DNA of 62,189 nt. It comes from Burkholderiales bacterium. Lineage in GTDB: Bacteria > Pseudomonadota > Gammaproteobacteria > Burkholderiales > Ga0077523. The notes under the pieces were generated by a model that saw only the letters and a program-made list of their open reading frames with translations, was not told the origin of the DNA and searched no databases. The DNA lies in contig JBIIUM010000003.1 in assembly GCA_044339985.1 (NCBI GenBank), positions 1 through 62,189 of the forward strand, written 5' to 3'. The position numbers and the translations under genes are program-made. Positions 60,320 to 62,189 of the stretch are shown here, one piece after another; position 1 is the stretch's first letter; every line of letters starts with the position of its first letter.

Positions 60320-62189
60320 ATGACGAATCTCTTCTTCGAACGCCCAATTCTCAATTCGCCCTACGGGTATCCAGACCGGCATTGGGAGCTTGATGAATCA
60401 GGGCAGCCCACGCAGAAGATCGTCGAGGCGCGCCGCAGCGCGCGCTTTATCACGCCGATCCCGAAGCCCAAGAAGCGCAAGGGAAGTGCCGAGCAGTCAG
60501 CCCTGGTGTTCGACGAAGGCAAGGGCTTGTCGACGCAGGAGCAGCAGTACCACCAGGTGGCGGTGGTCAATGCCGTCCGTCAAGAGGTCGACAAGTGGCG
60601 GCAACTCAAGAACCCCGGTGATTGGCGTGTCACCCCCGAGACTGCCCGCCTGCTGCAACACTGGCGCCACCACGACTTCAGCAGCGTCCGCCCGTTCTTC
60701 TGCCAGGTCGAGGCCGTCGAGACGGCCATCTGGCTGACCGAGGTCGCGCCGCAGCTTGGCAAGGCAGGTGAGACCTATCTCCAGCACCTCGTCAACGCCA
60801 ATAACGATGCCAATCCGGAGTTGATGCGGCTGGCCCTCAAGCTCGCCACGGGCGCGGGCAAGACCACGGTCATGGCCATGCTCATCGCCTGGCAGACCAT
60901 CAACGCCGTCCGGCATCCGCAGAGCAAGCGTTTTACGCGCGGCTTCCTCGTGGTGGCCCCGGGCCTCACCATCAAGGACCGGTTGCGCGTGCTACAGCCG
61001 AATGATCCGGACAGCTACTACAAGGACCGGGAGCTTGTCCCGGGCGATCTGCTCGATGACGTCAATCGCGCCAAGATCGTCATCACCAATTACCACGCCT
61101 TCAAGCTGCGCGAGCGGATCGACTTGTCCAAGGGCGGGCGCTCGCTGCTACAGGGTCGCGGCGATGCCCTGAACACCCTTGAGACGGAGGGGCAGATGCT
61201 TCAGCGCGTCATGCCCGATCTGATGGGCCTCAAGAACATCCTCGTCCTCAATGACGAAGCCCATCACTGCTATCGAGAGAAGCCAGGCGCCGAGGAAGAC
61301 GAAGATCTCAAGGGCGAAGACCGGAAGGAAGCGGAGAAGAACAACGAGGCGGCCCGCCTGTGGATCTCCGGGCTCGAAGCCGTCAATCGAAAGCTCGGTG
61401 TTGCGCGCGTGATCGACCTGTCGGCAACGCCCTTCTTTCTGCGCGGTTCCGGCTATGCCGAGGGCACGCTGTTTCCGTGGACGATGAGCGACTTCTCGCT
61501 GATGGACGCCATCGAGTGCGGCATCGTCAAACTGCCGCGCGTGCCCATCGCCGACAACATCCCCGGCAACGAGATGCCGATGTTCCGCAACCTGTGGGAG
61601 CACATCCGAGCCAAGATGCCCAAGAAGGGGCGCGGCAAGGCAGAGACTCTCAACCCGCTTGACCTGCCGACCCAACTCCAGACAGCGCTGGAGGCGCTCT
61701 ACGGCCACTACGAGAAGACCTATCGCCTGTGGGCCGAGCGAAAGATCGCCGTTCCGCCCTGCTTCATCGTCGTGTGCAACAACACCTCCACGTCGAAGCT
61801 CGTCTATGACTACATTTCCGGCTTCCAGCGCCAGAACGTAGATGGATCGAGCCAGCTCGTTGCCGGTCGACTTGAGCTCTTTCGCAACTACGACGAGCAT
61901 GGCAATCCGCTGCCGCGCCCGCGCACCTTGCTCATTGATAGCGAGCAACTGGAGTCGGGCGAAGCGCTGGATGACAACTTCCGCGGCATGGCGGCTGACG
62001 AGATCGAACGGTTCCGGCGCGAGATCATCGAGCGCACTGGTGACGCGCGTCAGGCCGAAAACCTCACCGACCAGGACCTGCTGCGCGAGGTGATGAACAC
62101 CGTCGGCAAGCCTGGCCGTCTGGGTGCCGACATCCGCTGCGTGGTCTCTGTCTCCATGCTGACCGAGGGCTGGGACGCCAACACCGTCA
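60320..62189 (+). CDS. Type III restriction enzyme Res-like SF2 helicase/endonuclease (BPTD_3080-like), truncated at window edge
   Basis: Missing from the ORF track. From ATG 60320: MTNLFFERPILNSPYGYPDRHWELDESGQPT...RPFFCQVEAVET...LKLATGAGKTTVM (motif I)...NDEAHHCY (motif II)...DLSATPF...VSMLTEGWDA. Confidence 0.9.
   Translation, partial: MTNLFFERPILNSPYGYPDRHWELDESGQPTQKIVEARRSARFITPIPKPKKRKGSAEQSALVFDEGKGLSTQEQQYHQVAVVNAVRQEVDKWRQLKNPGDWRVTPETARLLQHWRHHDFSSVRPFFCQVEAVETAIWLTEVAPQLGKAGETYLQHLVNANNDANPELMRLALKLATGAGKTTVMAMLIAWQTINAVRHPQSKRFTRGFLVVAPGLTIKDRLRVLQPNDPDSYYKDRELVPGDLLDDVNRAKIVITNYHAFKLRERIDLSKGGRSLLQGRGDALNTLETEGQMLQRVMPDLMGLKNILVLNDEAHHCYREKPGAEEDEDLKGEDRKEAEKNNEAARLWISGLEAVNRKLGVARVIDLSATPFFLRGSGYAEGTLFPWTMSDFSLMDAIECGIVKLPRVPIADNIPGNEMPMFRNLWEHIRAKMPKKGRGKAETLNPLDLPTQLQTALEALYGHYEKTYRLWAERKIAVPPCFIVVCNNTSTSKLVYDYISGFQRQNVDGSSQLVAGRLELFRNYDEHGNPLPRPRTLLIDSEQLESGEALDDNFRGMAADEIERFRREIIERTGDARQAENLTDQDLLREVMNTVGKPGRLGADIRCVVSVSMLTEGWDANTV

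Overview
High-GC bacterial chromosomal window; gene order (xseA / exbBD-lpxK-ycaR-kdsB-adk, split pntAA-pntAB-pntB, MutH-independent mutL-miaA) suggests a betaproteobacterium (inference). It is mostly core metabolism and housekeeping: transhydrogenase, mutL-miaA, xseA, LPS genes, adk, PPi-type phosphofructokinase plus K+-independent H+-pyrophosphatase, a PAS-GGDEF-EAL protein, class I aldolase, parE-parC, two acyl-CoA ligases, an OmpA lipoprotein and mscL. Two genes absent from the ORF track run off the window edges: a coiled-coil protein (<1..872, -) and a type III restriction-like helicase/endonuclease (60320..>62189, +). Best leads: (1) a structured ~200-nt leader before hppA resembling monovalent-cation riboswitches; (2) an orphan HTH antitoxin-like gene with its own operator heading parE-X-parC; (3) an NtrC/IHF/sigma54 operon encoding a solute-binding protein, a GlnT/GmaS-like ligase and a MetX-like hydrolase; (4) a MxaJ/XoxJ-like protein in line with exbB-exbD-tonB; (5) a decayed near-identical copy of the parC 3' region bracketing an IS91/ISCR remnant and a cargo gene; (6) a Pho-box-like repeat between two unknown lipoprotein genes; (7) a stand-alone B3/B4 editing domain next to a Tat-type flavin amine oxidase. 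No rRNA, tRNA or CRISPR array was seen. All calls come from motif recognition by eye; no searches were run.
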